In this document: positions 1-14,600 of the stretch, one piece after another | Layout of the letters: every line of letters starts with the position of its first letter | Position numbering within the stretch: the stretch's first letter is position 1 | NCBI GenBank assembly: GCA_964035545.1 | Contig: OZ037770.1 | Location: 12,824,642-12,888,641 of the forward strand | Source of the DNA: Bugula neritina | Lineage: Eukaryota; Animalia; Bryozoa | Reading direction: 5' to 3' | Length of the DNA: 64,000 bases | Program-made: the position numbers and the translations under genes | Notes under the pieces: generated by a model | What the model saw: only the letters and a program-made list of their open reading frames with translations | What the model was told of the DNA's origin: nothing | Database searches by the model: none

Positions 1-404
1 TTTAATAGTGATTGACTTGTTATGACACAAATGTACAAGGCTGGGGTATTCGCAAGGTCATCGATAATACAACGATAAAACATTGCTCTTCAGATACACT
101 TAGGAGTAGTAGTAGATAAATTGAGATAGCCTAAGTTATTTTATTAAATTTTGGTATGGGGCACAGGTGGAATTTCTTGATAGAGCATGCGACTTCTTTT
201 GCTACATTTCTAATCTAAAACACAAGCTTTTCTCAGTCTCTCCATTACTGCACCTACCTCTTCATATGTTCTGCTGCAGGAAACTTTAAACTTTAAAAGG
301 ACATTCACTAGGTCACTAGAACTTATCATCAGAAAAATTATCGAAGAACTATAAATTCCAACAACTTTGAGTAAAAATGGTAACCTGCAGCAAATATTTT
401 GTAG

Positions 405-3400
405 AACACCAAAAACGAGACAGCGATCATTTGGCAGCCATGACAGCAGTAAGCCCCGCCCCCTGCGTAAGCCGTCCGGTGCCAGTAACGTACAAAGGAG
501 CGACTCAATGACTCTCAACCGAGCTGGTGGTCGGGAGAATTACAAGACAAACTGGGATAACTTCGACGAGGTGACCGCAACCATGAGGAAAGAGAAGCAT
601 GGACCGTCCAACAGGTCAGGATTAATAACTTTTAGCTAAACGTATAATATGGCTTAAGTAATTATTACTAACACCTGCTGTCCTATTATAAGTAATAACT
701 GTGATAACTTTATTGGTGTTTTAGAGAGTTGGTGCTGGGAATTGACTCATTTGTTGACTCTTTTACTACCCCTGAGCAAGAGGAGGCAACTTCTGTAGAT
801 CAACTTGGATTGCCTGATAGAAATCCCTTCCTTACAGGTCAGTAGGACTCGTTAATAAACAAAACAAATGATGTGACAACTCCAAATTAATATTAATACA
901 ATGTTAACAAACATCTTATTAAAAAAGTGATGTAACAACTCCAAATTAGGATTAAGATTTACTCCGTACAATGGTAACTAACCTCTCATTGAAAAAAATG
1001 ATGTGACAACTCCTGATTAGGATTATAACAATCAAGTTAAAATATATACTCTGGTCTCTCAGGGCAATAATCGACTTGTTTAGAGTTCCGAAATTAGCTT
1101 TAAATTTTTATTTTTAATGCAATTTCTATTATAAATCCAAATAGGTGTTTTCTGAAACTGAAACTATTTTCTTAATTAGCAGTTCCATAATTTGAGAAAA
1201 AGAATTCAGCTTAAAATAAAATGATTCAGTCAGGCACTACTTGGATTGTCTAAATACGCTGATTTGCCTTATAGAAATTTAATCAGGTTTTAACACATCT
1301 ATTAAGGGTATGTTTTTTAAACACTCTGCATGAGGGCAATCTGAATCAGTTCCAATGTTGTAATTATAAGTTCTTTTGTTGGGGCAGAAATGGCAGTTAG
1401 TCTCTTTAAACAACTTTTCTAGTTTCTTCTCTAGATGTTCCGTTAAGTCTCTTTCCGCCTTGATTTCATTGGCAGACATCTTGGTAAATTTAAACTTCCG
1501 TTTTCCATTTGGCATTTTTCTCACAGTAACCTAAATTATTAATAGTTTTAGGCATCTTTCTGAATTAATTTATGGTTATCTTTTCACCAATTAATATATT
1601 ATTGATTATTTTGAATGAATTTGAAGCATCTGGCACTGCTAATAACTTTTTAAATATTTTTGAACTTAAACTGTGGCCACTAAAAATCTCAACAATTCTT
1701 CATCTTAAATATATAGCCCTGAATTATTGACCCCTTATAATTTTAAAACAATAATTCACATATAGATAGCTATAGCTTTAATGTTACTAAAGCTACAAAG
1801 TTATATGAAAAAAACATTAGGAAATATAAACAAATAAGCTTGTAGTATGTTTACTGGACATCACAACAAAATTATTAATATTTATCATAATAAAAGAAAA
1901 TTTTTCAGATTAAAACCTGCATACCTTTCCAGTTCTTTTGAAGGAAGGGCACTTATCCAATAAAGCAAGTTGTAGTTTGTTGGATGATTTTCTATTTAAT
2001 AAACTTAGAAATTCTTTTTCAGCTAGAGCAGAAGTTTCCTTATCTGTAAAAATTATATATTGTAGAACCAGTATAATAATTATATACATATATGTGCATG
2101 TAGTGTGTGTTTGTGTGTGTTTGTGTGTAGTATTGTGCGTGTATTGCGTGCATGTGTATTGTCTCTGTGTGTAGCTCAATGAACTTAGAAAACTACTTCA
2201 CCGCATGCTAGTTTCACCTAGGCTTGTACTCAGGTATGACTGAATAGACATGACGTTTTCTGGAATAATATAATTATGCAAATACCTAAAGCTTAGGATT
2301 AACCTGTATTATGAGCTACCTATAGACAGTCTAACTACAATCGAACAATAGCCTTTGGCACAGTGTGTGGCTTAATAATTGCATCTGGGAGGTTCACCTC
2401 TTAACATTGCGGTCTTGAGTTTAGTTATTAGCAGGAAAGTTGAGGTTCTAAAGCTCCTCCATATAAACAACTATTAGATATGTGTCTGCCAACTCCCACG
2501 CAGTACAAATCTCTATGCCGTATGTTAATGGTAGTGTTGATTATGTCGTAATATAATTTTTAAACTAATAATAGTTAAAGGCTCAATACTTGTTTGCAGC
2601 CTATAGTGTCTTCACCTACACTGAATATATACTCTGACAAGAAAACTCTTTAATTTATTATAGCCTGTGTGTATTATGTAATAGATTTGCTGCCAGCACT
2701 AATACCTTCAGTTCTTTACTCATCTCTATGTAAGACATACTTAGCAAACTAACTGTAGCTACAGGTTTCTACTGTGACTGTTATTATATTTGAGCAGTTG
2801 AAGTGTAAGTTTAAATCAGTGTAAGTTACCTACTAGAACTTACAAAGAGCGTAAGTATAATCAACTACAACTCACTAAGACAGCACTTCTCTTGACCAGA
2901 ATCCTGCTGACTATTGAAAATAGAGGTTGATCTTCTTTGAATTGTCTCAGACCCTGGGACTGGGAAATACAAGTTTTGACTTTTTTCTTTAGAGAATTTT
3001 TCTGAAAAAATATGTAATTGAGAATTTAAAGGTGCAGATCTATACTTCGTTTCCTCCTGTAGTTTGTGACAGTTTCAATATACATGGAAACAAAGCCTAC
3101 ACTTATGATATTATAAAAAAGACTTGCATTTGTAATCAAGTGGTAGAATTTAAAATAAATTTTGGATATACATATGATATGATATGTTGGAGGTATTAAA
3201 CTTTACAGAATAATTGGAAAAAGAAAATTTTCCTCAGCTTTTTGTAAACTTTGAATATTTTTCTGACCCTAAAGTTGCATTATAACTCTGCTTTGATCAA
3301 AATAGTTTTCACCAAAAGCTTAGCTTTAAATAAAAGCACTTTTGTGCTTTTGACTTTGATAGAAATAATAAATTTGTAAAATTCTACACTCTTAAAATTA

Positions 3401-6400
3401 GCAAAATTACGTTACCTTCAATATTTAAGTCAGCATAAGTTTGTTTGTCATAATCGATGGAACTAAATCTACGATAGTTGTTGGGTGCAACTACCAATGA
3501 GTTTTTATGGAGACTTTCTTTGTGCTGATAAAGTGTAAAATAACTGCCTTTAGAGATATCTTTGAAGAACCTTGCTATAAAAACAGAAAGACACAGTTAT
3601 AATATTTAAACGTGCTTTGAGAAGTAATATATGTATATATAATAACAAAAATGATTTAAACATTTACTTGCTAATTAGTAGTTGAAAGATTGTGGTATAA
3701 GATGCAGATTTTTCCACTAGAGCCTGTGTTGTATTGGATCATGATGAATCTTAATCTCACCAAAATTTTCAAATCTCAAGCTATAAAAATATTGCATTTG
3801 GACAATAAGTTTGCCTCCCCCCAATATTGAAAGGGCTGTTTAAATTCGCCTCCCACTAATTTTGAAAGGACTGGTTAAGTTTGAACCCCCCCCCCATTAA
3901 TATTGAAAAAGGAGTACAAGCTTGACCCCACTGATATTGTTGAACAGAAGTGTATAAGTTTGTTCTTCCCTCCCCACTGATATTGAACAGGAGCTAGTGT
4001 ATAAGTATATTCTTCCCCTCCCCACTGATATTGAAAAGGAGTGTATAAGTATGTTCTCCCCCTCCCCACTGATATTGAACAGGAGTGTATAAAGTAAACA
4101 GGTGCTAACTTGTAGACTCTGCATGCAAGTCTACATCTGCTGTTAGGTTTTTACTCCCCACAGACATTGCTCTTCTTTCATTCCTTTCCCAGTGTGCTTT
4201 GCTAAAACATCAAAATATTAATATTGTTTAAACTCAACTGGCAAAGCAACAGAGAAATTGTTTTCTCTCTACTGTGAATTTGTTTAAACAAATACTTTAA
4301 AAATTTGAACTATGTCTCATAAGAATTAGTTAATAGTTTTAATTCATATATCAATAACATGGTAGTCTATAATTACTCTATTTAGCAACGTTAGGCAATC
4401 ACTGGCTAGGCTTTATTCATTGCCAGATGCATTAAAGACTAAATCTCGAACTTGAGGAGTTCAAGTTTCAGACTATATTTATCTGCATTTATTTTTTCAG
4501 TATAGTATAGTATAGAATAGTACTACCTAATAACACCATAACAAAAATAATTTTATTTTTAGTTTAAAAACAGGATACTATAAACTGATGTTTTTCACTA
4601 ATACCTGATTAATACAATTGTAAGCATCTCATAATTGATGGGTTTTTGAAAACACTATTCATATAGCTGTATTAATAGAAAGGTGTTTACCAGCTTATAG
4701 TATATTGCATATTTTAGATAAAAAATCCTCTTCAATAGAGTCCGTGAATATCATTACACCAAGAGCTTTATTTTGTAACAATTCGTGCTACCAAGTTGCC
4801 TGTGGTTTTAGTTTTTAGCTGCTTTCATATTATGGCTCAAAAAATGATTTTGACTGATTCAGTTTTCAAGTTTGGCTTAGCTACAATTCTCCTTTATTAT
4901 TTGCTAGTTTTCAATTATAAATGATTGAGATGACAATTAACTTTTAACATAAGGAGACTTTTGATGCCAACAATAAAATTTCATATTTGGTTAAATATAT
5001 GAAGTTATGGAATTTTTATAACAATTGGTTGGTAAAAGATAAAGCATTTCTAAAAAGTTTCAGGATAAAGAACTGCAGCTAGCTGTAGTGTTGAGTACCC
5101 CAGTATAATCCCTATATAGTGTAATGGTAAGCACAGCACGCCTGCTTGCAAGTAAGCATAGTGTTGGAGGTTTGAATCTCAGTGGAGAGGGGGGCAAATA
5201 TTTGTGCTCACCTGATTGGTGGAAGAAAATGTTCTTCCTGACTTGCAGTCTTGCCGGTGGTTGTCATGGCAACAGTTGTCATAGCATCTGAGTTCTTCTG
5301 CAATTTAATCAGTATAGCAGCTGTCAGCATAAACTGCAAAGATCTAGGTTCTTGGAATCCCACTACGTTATTGCAGCCTTACTAATTTGCTCTAACTTTT
5401 CTATTTATATAAAATATAGTTTCTACTATGTAGACCTGACCTATGATAAAGTGTAATCAATTATTACTTAAATGTCATTTCTCTAATCTCTCTATGCCAC
5501 TATTCATCACTAATTAATTTATTTCACACAAATACTTCAATTAAATTGACTGAATTGTATGAAAAAAATTGTATAAGATAACAAACTTTTTGTTGAGTTC
5601 TGTTTGACCAGTCTATTGGCTGATCAGTGTAGGTGGCTGCTTCCCACCATTCTGTTTCTTTCTTTATCTTTGAGTCAAACACTTGGCTTTCCTTTGCTCT
5701 GGAGATGTCATGTTGTGTAAGGCTTATTGCTGACAAGTCACCTGATTTCACTGCACTTCCCATGTCACTCCTCACATCACATGTCACTCGTCATGATGTC
5801 ACATGTCACTAGCAATTTACCAGCAAATTGATTAAAGTATTGTTTGTTATATGCTAGCAGAAGAAGTTTATGGAATTCTTTATTTATTCAAATGTTATAT
5901 AATAATTTTCATATTTTTATTTTTATAAAATATATTGTTTAGTTGGGTTACCCATCAAATATCAATGATGTCATTGCAACTAAATTTATTTTATTTAATT
6001 TCAGTGATTAAAATACAAGTTTTTTCTAAATTAATTGAATCACAATTTAAAAATTGTAGGTACTTCTGATGTTATTGCATTTAAATTGCTGAAATATTAC
6101 AAGTATATATTATCATCACAGTTTTGCAGCCTTATTCTATATATGAAATTTAATAGCTTTATCATAGCAATATTCTATCAAAAGTAAATTTTAAAAACTG
6201 AATTTTTATAAAACTGTTCAATCAGTAAAGTAGTAAATATATTTCCTGTTGATAGGTTACTATGACTACGAGCCAGGAAATGATGCGGACAACATAGAAG
6301 ACGAGTTTGATGACTTTTCTCACCGCCACAGCAACTATCACAACAGCGTACCAGAAGGTGACAGACCTCCTTCCTATGATGAAGTGAACGCCAGGACTCC

Positions 6401-6497
6401 TGGGGTCAGCAGGTCACAAATGCCGACTCTAGACTTAAGAGGCAGCAGAAGAGACAGACATAGTGAGTACGACAGCGAGGCCAGTGTGGAAGTGTGA
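405..6497 (+). CDS. 3' end of an uncharacterised gene (low-complexity, likely disordered C-terminal region); 5' part lies outside the window
   Basis: Phase-consistent GT-AG exons 405-614 (phase 2/2), 725-837 (2/1) and 6256-6497 (ends ...YDSEASVEV*). AATAAA at 6707-6712. Confidence 0.7.
1279..5763 (-). CDS. Uncharacterised ~336-aa protein, nested antisense in the last intron of the + strand gene
   Basis: Seven GT-AG exons join in frame without stops: 5763-5587, 5297-5212, 4201-4110, 3574-3416, 3001-2876, 2043-1925, 1530-1279 (MGSAVKSG...CHFCPNKRTYNYNIGTDSDCPHAECLKNIPLIDVLKPD*). No recognisable domain. Confidence 0.6.
3810..4090. repeat. Minisatellite, ~40-60 bp degenerate unit
   Basis: Recurring core CCCCCACTGATATTGAA(A/C)AGGAG, about 6 copies. 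Confidence 0.8.
5083..5197 (+). mobile_element. tRNA-derived repeat, family 1 (degenerate)
   Basis: GTAGTGTTGAGT leader followed by A-box-like, CTTGCAAG and GTT(T/C)GAATC B-box-like motifs; similar to the copies at 25268, 25511, 30699 and 33425. Confidence 0.55.
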
Positions 6498-7625
6498 TCA
6501 AATTCTACGAACTCTACTTTGTATCTCTCATTGTATAGCTTCATCATATAAGGGGCTAACTTTTCCTAAATTCATTAAAATATTTAAAAAAAACTTTAAA
6601 ACTTATATTTTAGCAATTTATAGTAAAAACATGTATAACTAAATAGATTATTTATGTATTTCTTAATTGTGTAAATTTATCCCAAATAATGTGCTTCCAA
6701 TAACACAATAAAATATTGAAAACATTAAAACCATTTTACGCTTACTAATTAAACTTTAATAATATTTCCAAGACTGAAGTATTGCTAAGGAAAATAATTT
6801 TTGCTGCCTACATGGATAGTAAATGACAGACTGTGTTTTGTCAATTTTCTAGTCTCTACAATTCTGTAGTTATAAAAACAAACATGCAGCTTCTAATTAT
6901 TTAGCATTTTGTCATTAAGCATGCATAATTACATTCAAGTATATAGTATGATCCCAATTTGTATTTGCAGTAAATGTAGTTATCCTTCACATGCAACTAC
7001 TGCCCATAGTGCTACAAGCTATGACTGGCCCAAGAAAACTTTGTAAGATTAATTTTGAAGTTGACACAAGTACTTTGTAAAACATAATTCCAACATTTGG
7101 CTATCAAGTTATATAATGGAATACATTTGGACAAAACTTGGGTCTTCAATTTGAAACTCTACAATTTTGTTTACTTTATGCTTCTACCAGAAAGCTTCAG
7201 TTTCTAACTGACAGTTGATAGAAGCTTAAACATTACATCTCAGCATAGTAACAATTATTCGAGTTTGTCATTGTCTGCTTCACAAATAATACTGTAAAGA
7301 TACTTTAGCCAATTGATACAAGCAGATGGTAAAATAATTTAACTCATGTTAATCTGTAGAAGGCATTTAATTAATTTTAAGTACTTTATTCTGAGTTCCA
7401 TAACTTAAACAATAGACAGACTAGTCTGATGGTATTCTCTTGCAGTGTGTGGTCAGACATCTTGAATCTATGAATTTAAAAGTTGGTTGAACTCAATGGT
7501 TTCGGTTTCAAGGTTAATTAATTTGCATTCAAAAGTAGAGGACTTAAAGTTTACCAAATGCTTAAGTTTGTAATCTACCTAGAGAATAATATGTATTTAT
7601 TACATCATGTTTTGATACCAGTAAA

Positions 7626-7800
7626 CCTAGTAAACACAAGGTCATAGGTTCGAGCCCCCACAAAGGTCATTGGTGATGTTAGGAAAAGCATTCAGTCATA
7701 ATTGCTCCTGTGCCCATCTGAATTAGTCTTTAGCCCTATTTAACAAAAACTTTTTTCATCAAGGGTTTCTCACAGGGATAACGACTCTAAACTTTCGTGA
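7626..7800 (+). mobile_element. tRNA-derived SINE, family 2
   Basis: GGTTCGAGCC B box, shared body CATTGGTGATGTTAGGAA..GCATTCAGTCA and 3' TCTCACAGGGATAACGACT. About 10 related copies in the window. Confidence 0.65.
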
Positions 7801-8951
7801 GCTTTTTTTACATAAATTAGTTTCTTAAATCTATTATATGAAAGTAGACTCAACACTATATACATGTACTCTATTAAACAGCATAATTAGCAGCTGAAGT
7901 TCATACAGGCATGTCTATTACATAAGCTTGCAAATGCAGTTTAAAAAAGCATTAGGCCCGTATAGTTTTTGATATCTCTAATGCTTTTTACTATTTTAAG
8001 TTATAGTGAGATTTCAAAAGAAATGTTATATGGATATTTCTACATATTGTTATTATAACATTTCATATCTTTAAAGTTAAATGTGTAGGAGAGCTCAACA
8101 TTATATAGTTTATTGTTTAGTGCATCAAGAGCTACTATATATTATGCTCCAGTTATGATGTGATTTTAACATACCGGTAATTAAATATTTGTTTTCCTTT
8201 ACTTTACTCAATTTAGTTTGCAATTGAATTTTTGTTTGAGTAACTTTTTTTCTTCTATAAAACTTAAATAGCTATTAAATTTACACGAATGATGTTTTAA
8301 ATGAGATTTAATTTTTCAATAAACATTTTCTTTATTGAAGTAAAACATTCTGTTAAAAATATGCTTAGAAAAGTTGACATGTCGAATTATTTTTATCTAA
8401 AAATAAAAATCAAAAATATAAATTTTTAAGGAATTTGCTTTATTTGACACAAATCAATCTGCTATAATATATTTAATAAAACACAAAAGCATAAATTCAG
8501 CAGCAAACATGATAGAAATCAACGTCATTGTCTAAAAAAAGTTGAACTAAAGCAAATTCTACTATATAGATTAACATTTCAATCATGTGGTGCAAGTTAT
8601 AAAGAACTATTGTATAGAAAACAATAAATCACAAAACTGGAAACACTACCATGACAACCTAGGGATATAATCTCTATAGTAGCTGACAAGCAAAACTGTT
8701 TAGAAAAATAGATCAATTGACAAGACAGAAATACTGCAAGAGTAGTAGCATTGAATGTATAATTGCTACTTAAAGCAATTTCATCATACTTAAACACATA
8801 AAATATTATGTAATAAAAATACTATTTAACAAAGGGCACATGTAATAAACGTACAGCTCAGGACAAACTGTTGTAGTTGTTCGGATATTGAAAAAGTGAA
8901 AAGCACACAGAGGTAAACGGATATATTAATGATGAATGGTCAAATTATATT

Positions 8952-11410
8952 TCAAGCTCCACCATTTCTTATTGATTTACCTACGCTAGTCTTTTTTCTC
9001 AATTTCATTTTGCAGACTCTACACTTGTAAGAATATTTCCCTCTTCTATTGCACACTACTTTACAGCTTCTCTGCAAGCAAAGGTAAACAAGAAATGGTA
9101 AAAATATGTTATTTATAGGTTAAATGTTGTGAGAATATAACACACTAAAAGTAATTAACATTTAATAATTTTGTTTTTGCTTGATTCTTTATACAAATAT
9201 GGTTAATTTAATCTAAACAACAACTAAATAATAGTCAAAACAGTATAACATAGTTGAACACATATATATATAATAAATATATTTTAAATTTCAAACAAAC
9301 AGTACTACTTAATATAAAATGTGTTAGAAACATCTATCATTTAAAAATAGCTTACAATTTTGCCTCTGGTAGGTATGAAGACAGGGTGGGTTGGAATGGC
9401 ACCGCTCTGGGAGTGCTGGGTCATTTCAGCTGGTACTCTGCAAACATAGTTTCAGTTTATACAAACTTGTTTAATTATTTAAATAAATTAGCCACTTTAG
9501 TGTTCAAAAAGTATTTATTAATACATTATTTATTAATTATTAATGGTTTGTTTATTTATTAATACAAGTTAAAGTTGCATAATCATATTGTCATAATGTG
9601 TCTTATAAATTAGTAAGCATTTTTGCATAGGATAATTAATTTAAATCTAATTTTATTTTGCATTTAATAAATTTGCAGAAAAATTTCCTTCCGTAAAATG
9701 TTTTTAATTTTAAGAAAGGGATTTTAATCTATTAAAAAAAAGATTTCTTCAAATACTATCTCAGATAAAATATTTGAGAAAATGATTAATTTGAAACCCT
9801 ATTTATTTGTAGCTGCAACTTTAATTTATCTTTTAGCTTAAAGCAACAAAAACAACATTCTAATTAAATTTGACCTACATAGCTACTCACAGCTATACCT
9901 AAATGATCTATTTTCTCGTCATAAATCAACCAATAATGCACCGATAGTTGTAAACAATTACACTCATTGGTAAACCCCATCTTGAAATTCTACATTTGCA
10001 GCTATTTAATTCATGATTCACTAAATTTTGTGGGAAGTCCTGGTAAATTCAAAAACCATTGTGTTCTGTTATCAGCTTTAATATCTATTTAACCCACAAC
10101 ATATAATCCTAAGAGTTTAGAGTAGTGTTTGGTTAATAGTCATGTATATGATACAGATTAGGGTTACATTCTTCCCACAGACTTGTCTATCAGTGAACAA
10201 TCGACTCTCAAAGTTCAAATCATTACCTGTGTGGCTAAAACTAGAATATTAGAGGTTTGTTACTATCAGTTTTGAAAGGTAATTTGCTAATAAGAATGCA
10301 GGAATTACAATTGGCATAGGCACACCCATTAACTTATTCAACTTTTAATAGAAAGATCCACTAAGTTTAAAACATAACCTCATTATTTTCCTTTGCTGGA
10401 TTTTTAACTCTATTATTTGAATTCATAATGTTGCTAAAAAATTAACTATATTATAATGTCTATCATAATTTAACTTCTATTTAAGATGTCATTTGTATTA
10501 CAAAAATAATTTAAACAAATGGTATTAAATATTATAATAGGCTGATTAACCTTGTGTTAGACTAGATTTTAGCAGGTATTAAATCCTATTAAAAAAGGTC
10601 ATGAAATGTTTACATGTGTTTTGTAACCACAGTGGACTCTATATATAAATGCAAATCAAAGTAAATTCATGAGGAAAACATATTCTAGCTTACTTTTTTA
10701 CATCCTTGTAGGGGTGAAGGTCATTAGACTCAGTTCTACCATTACGATAGTCTTGGTTCTTGCATCTCACAGCTACATTTGTAAAATTATTTAGTTGAAA
10801 AAAATTATCCAGCATACTTTTCGATTATATAAACTAAGGTATATTTTATCGATTTGCTAAATTCAACCAATCAATAAGAAGCTAACAAATGCACCAATAG
10901 CAACAATAAGCCATATTATATGGTTTGGAATAAATGAATTTAAATTTAAGCAACCAAAAAATATTGTTTTTTGTTTTCTGCAACAGTGTGATCTTAAAAA
11001 AATTCAATGTGTTTATATAATTTCAATAACAATCATTGATAAGAAAAAAATATTACGTCATTTTTAATAATTTTAGTTAAGAAAATATTGAACTATATTA
11101 TTACTACATGTACATAATTAAGTTTCATAAAAGAATCAATAAAATACATTATTTATGTAGCATCATAGTCTATAGTCATTTTTAAACAATATCTTTTGTT
11201 TACGCTTTCCTAAAATATCTGTAAAAATTCTCAAAGCTAAAGCAGCCTGCAATGCTAACCAATGCATAACTAATAATATTATGCCATATAATAAATGGTG
11301 CATATAAAAGAAGTTGTTAAAAAATAAAAAAAATATAGAATTATATTTCATTTACCTGATATTAGGAGTAGAGAAAGTAGGCCTAAACATATCATTAGTT
11401 TGCATCCCAT
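8952..11410 (-). CDS. Small secreted precursor (~111 aa) with a cationic 4-Cys C-terminal peptide
   Basis: Exons 11410-11356, 10772-10694, 9437-9356 and 9071-8952 join in phase (1, 2, 0). N-terminus MGCKLMICLGLLSLLLISAVRC is signal-peptide-like; C-terminus is RGKIRSCKVVCNRRGKYSYKCRVCKMKLRKKTSVGKSIRNGGA*. An internal donor near 8980 could give an alternative end. Confidence 0.6.
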
Positions 11411-13904
11411 TTCTGTAAAGATACAATCGCAAGAACTATGCAACAGCCAGTTTTTTAGAACATGATGCAACCTACTAGAATTGTTTGTTTATGCAATAAG
11501 TAATACAAACCATAAAAATATACAATATATTCTAACAACCTACAATGCTATAAGTATTTATGAAAAAATCATTCAAAATAATACTTTCAAGTTCAACCTG
11601 TAATTCCGTGAAAATTGCAATACTTACTGGAAAATGAAGTCAACTCTAGCTAAGTGATCTCACTTGTCTGTTTAAAGTGTTGCATCTAAATAACTCTCTC
11701 ACCTTTATATACATCCAAACGGCAAGAACTCTCACCAATAATCCCTGGAGATGGATGCTTTAAATAAATCTCTCAAACTTCATTGGTTCAGTTTATACGC
11801 AAATCTTCTTGTTTATGGGAGACTTCTGCTAGTGATTATTTCCCTAAATTTCACTTTAAACTAATTACTAATAGTTGGTGGTTTAAGAAAGGGATCATGT
11901 TTTAAATAAGGGACCAGTAATTAGGACCACCTATTGATTTAGAATTAACAAACATGGAACAGGAGATTCAAATTATTATAGAAGCCACTCTTCCTACACG
12001 TGGCACTAATTTTATATCAATCTCCAGCGGTTGAGGTAATCTGAAAGACTTTAGTTATATGAAAAATGAGAAAAGTTGCTTTAAATGTTAATATAGTCAT
12101 TGTTAGAAAGCAGCCATAATGTAGTGGGTAAAATGCATGCTGGCCTAACAAATACTAGGTCAGTGGTGATATTAGGGAGAGCATTCAGTCAAACGTGTTT
12201 TCCGCTATAATTGAATGCAAGTCCTTATAGCTTGATTTAACACAAGTGTAACAAATTTTAAGGCTTATAGTCTACAAATTTTTATTTCTATTATAATAAT
12301 TACTAAACAAATCGCCTCATATGCTGAGTCTTACTATTTCAATTGCTAGTATCTTTTAGACATAAAATTGAAGGCAAAGCCTTAATTTCCTTAATATTGT
12401 TTATAAATTCAGGTGTAATTATAACATATTTGTATAGCAGAAGTAGTGAGCTTACCATTACATGATGAATCAAGGTAGATGTAAAATAATAGAATAAATA
12501 AAGTTTAAAAATAGATTTTAAAAACCAGGCAGCTGTATATTAGTGTAGAATAATTAGGTATGTTATAATTACTTAAATACGGAAATACCGGAAAGAAGCA
12601 GCTTCAAAGGATTTCCTGCATTATAAAGTAATTAGTGATTCAAGTTAAAACAGTAATTTAGTTTTACGTTTCTCATACGTAGATACTGCTATAGTAATGC
12701 AAACAGGAATTTTAATTTAAAACTAATAGAAGAATAATCCTTATTGTATTAGAAATTTAATTAAATCATTATGGTAATCCTTATAAACAATTTAAATAAA
12801 ATCAATCATATTTATTTTAAACCTCTACTTAGTCAACAAACTCTGGTAATCATATTCCCTCCTTCTCTCCATCATCGGTGCCATCTGTTTGCAGTGACGG
12901 GAGAAAATATAGTAAAATAAATTCTGTAAACACGGTTTTAGCTACATGCGCAATGTTGTTTTGCAAAACTTTTAACCCAAACAACTTTCAAACTAAACAA
13001 CTTGAAAATTTGTGAGAATGATTAAAATCTAGGTCAAAAAAGCAAAAATATGCTACAAATATCAGTTTTTTTTATAAATTTCAAAGCATATTAGCTGCTG
13101 TAGCTAATAACCGCAGTTTTGAGGTAAATAAGATGGCTTCAAATGAACTATTCTAATAACCAAAACTTCTTACATATTAGTTTTACAGAGTAATTGTAGA
13201 AAGCCAGTTAATACATTAGGCTAATAATTTAATAAAATTACTATTATTTAAGAACTTTTTCAAGCATATGTTATGAAGATTCTAGATTATAGACGTTCAG
13301 AGAAAAGTCCTGGTAATAAGTCTCATAGCAAACTAATTCACAGGGTAGTGTTTTCTTTTTTTGAGTAAAAGTATACGTGAAGCCTGCAACTTATAAACTT
13401 TTGCTGTCCTGAGTTTTAAGAGAGTATATAGCAAGTATATTCTCCAAGACTAAGTAAATTTTTTAAATAAATGAGTAAACATAACCTAATCACATTAAAG
13501 TGATTTCATAGAAGTTTTTCTATAACCTGGGGGCCATTCATCCAGCTAACATACCATAGAGTAAGTCATCCATACATTGAATATTTAATGCTTGCTTTTC
13601 TACTGCCAAACTACAAATCAGTTTCATTGCTTAAACTTCCATTACGGGTACTAATATTTCTTCAGATGAGAGTCTCTTAGATAACAAATTTGAATCACAA
13701 TAATTGGCAATGTCAAGGAGAGCCCAGGGTTGGATAATTCCATCTTGAGAAAATTGGGTCATTCACCCACTTAATAACCAATAGGGGTTTTCACAGCAAT
13801 GAAGATTTGAAACAAACATGGATTTTATTTACTAATATTGTTTTTGGTTTAAAAGGTCTCTCCTTTTTGAACCTAATTAAGATAAGCTTACAGGTCAATA
13901 AAGA

Positions 13905-14085
13905 GCAGTAAACACTGGCCTAGTAAACATGAGGTTAGTTGTAGGTTAAACACCAGCTGCGATGTTTATATGAAGAGCATCTAACCATAACTACTTCTGT
14001 GCCACATACGAATATGTCCTTAGCTAGATTTAGAAAAAACCCTTTTCAACAGATGTTCTCATGGGGATAGTGACTATAAACTTGC
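13905..14085 (+). mobile_element. tRNA-derived SINE, family 2 (diverged)
   Basis: CCTAGTAAACA...GAAGAGCATC...CTGTGCCACAT...GGGATAGTGACTATAAACTT matches the other family-2 copies. Confidence 0.55.
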
Positions 14086-14600
14086 GTAAGCATTTTATGG
14101 GTCATTAGAAAATCATATTTTTTTTATTGGTTTTTGCTAAATTAGAAAAGGAAAACATTATTTATTGATAAAAAATATCTTCTGTTATGCAATTTTATAA
14201 GTTAATGTAGTAACAAGCATCCTGTTTCTAACATACAGATATATTAGTTTTTAAATTTGTTATTTATAAAACAAATATTGCTTTTCTACAATTATTTATT
14301 ATTACTTTAAAAATATAATTATTTTCACAAACAAAACATGAAAACAATCAAAAAATTGGATAATTAAACTGATGAGACATTCAAATGTTTAAATTGTAAC
14401 TTAAAAATGTTTTATGCATTTATCTCAATGATTTTAACTTTTCTTTAGATGAATTGGAATTTACGTTTAGTGCAAGCAAAATTTTAGTGGAATTTAAGAA
14501 AGTTCTTTGTTAACAAAAATGTTTAACTATGAATGGAAAATTATAAGAAGTGTTAAAAGCTGTAAAGCTTTCAAAGTATAATGGATTTATCAGCTTGATA

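Noticed and set aside
210-518. 102-aa minus-strand ORF
   Set aside because: It is antisense to the + strand exon 405-614, and its C-terminus comes from the dispersed repeat also present at 36075.
3668-3780. Apparent minus-strand exon of the nested gene
   Set aside because: All three frames from the obvious acceptor hit stops, and the model closes in phase without it.
3810-4124. CRISPR-like repeats and two ORFs
   Set aside because: Degenerate tandem minisatellite without unique spacers, in a eukaryotic intron, with no cas genes.
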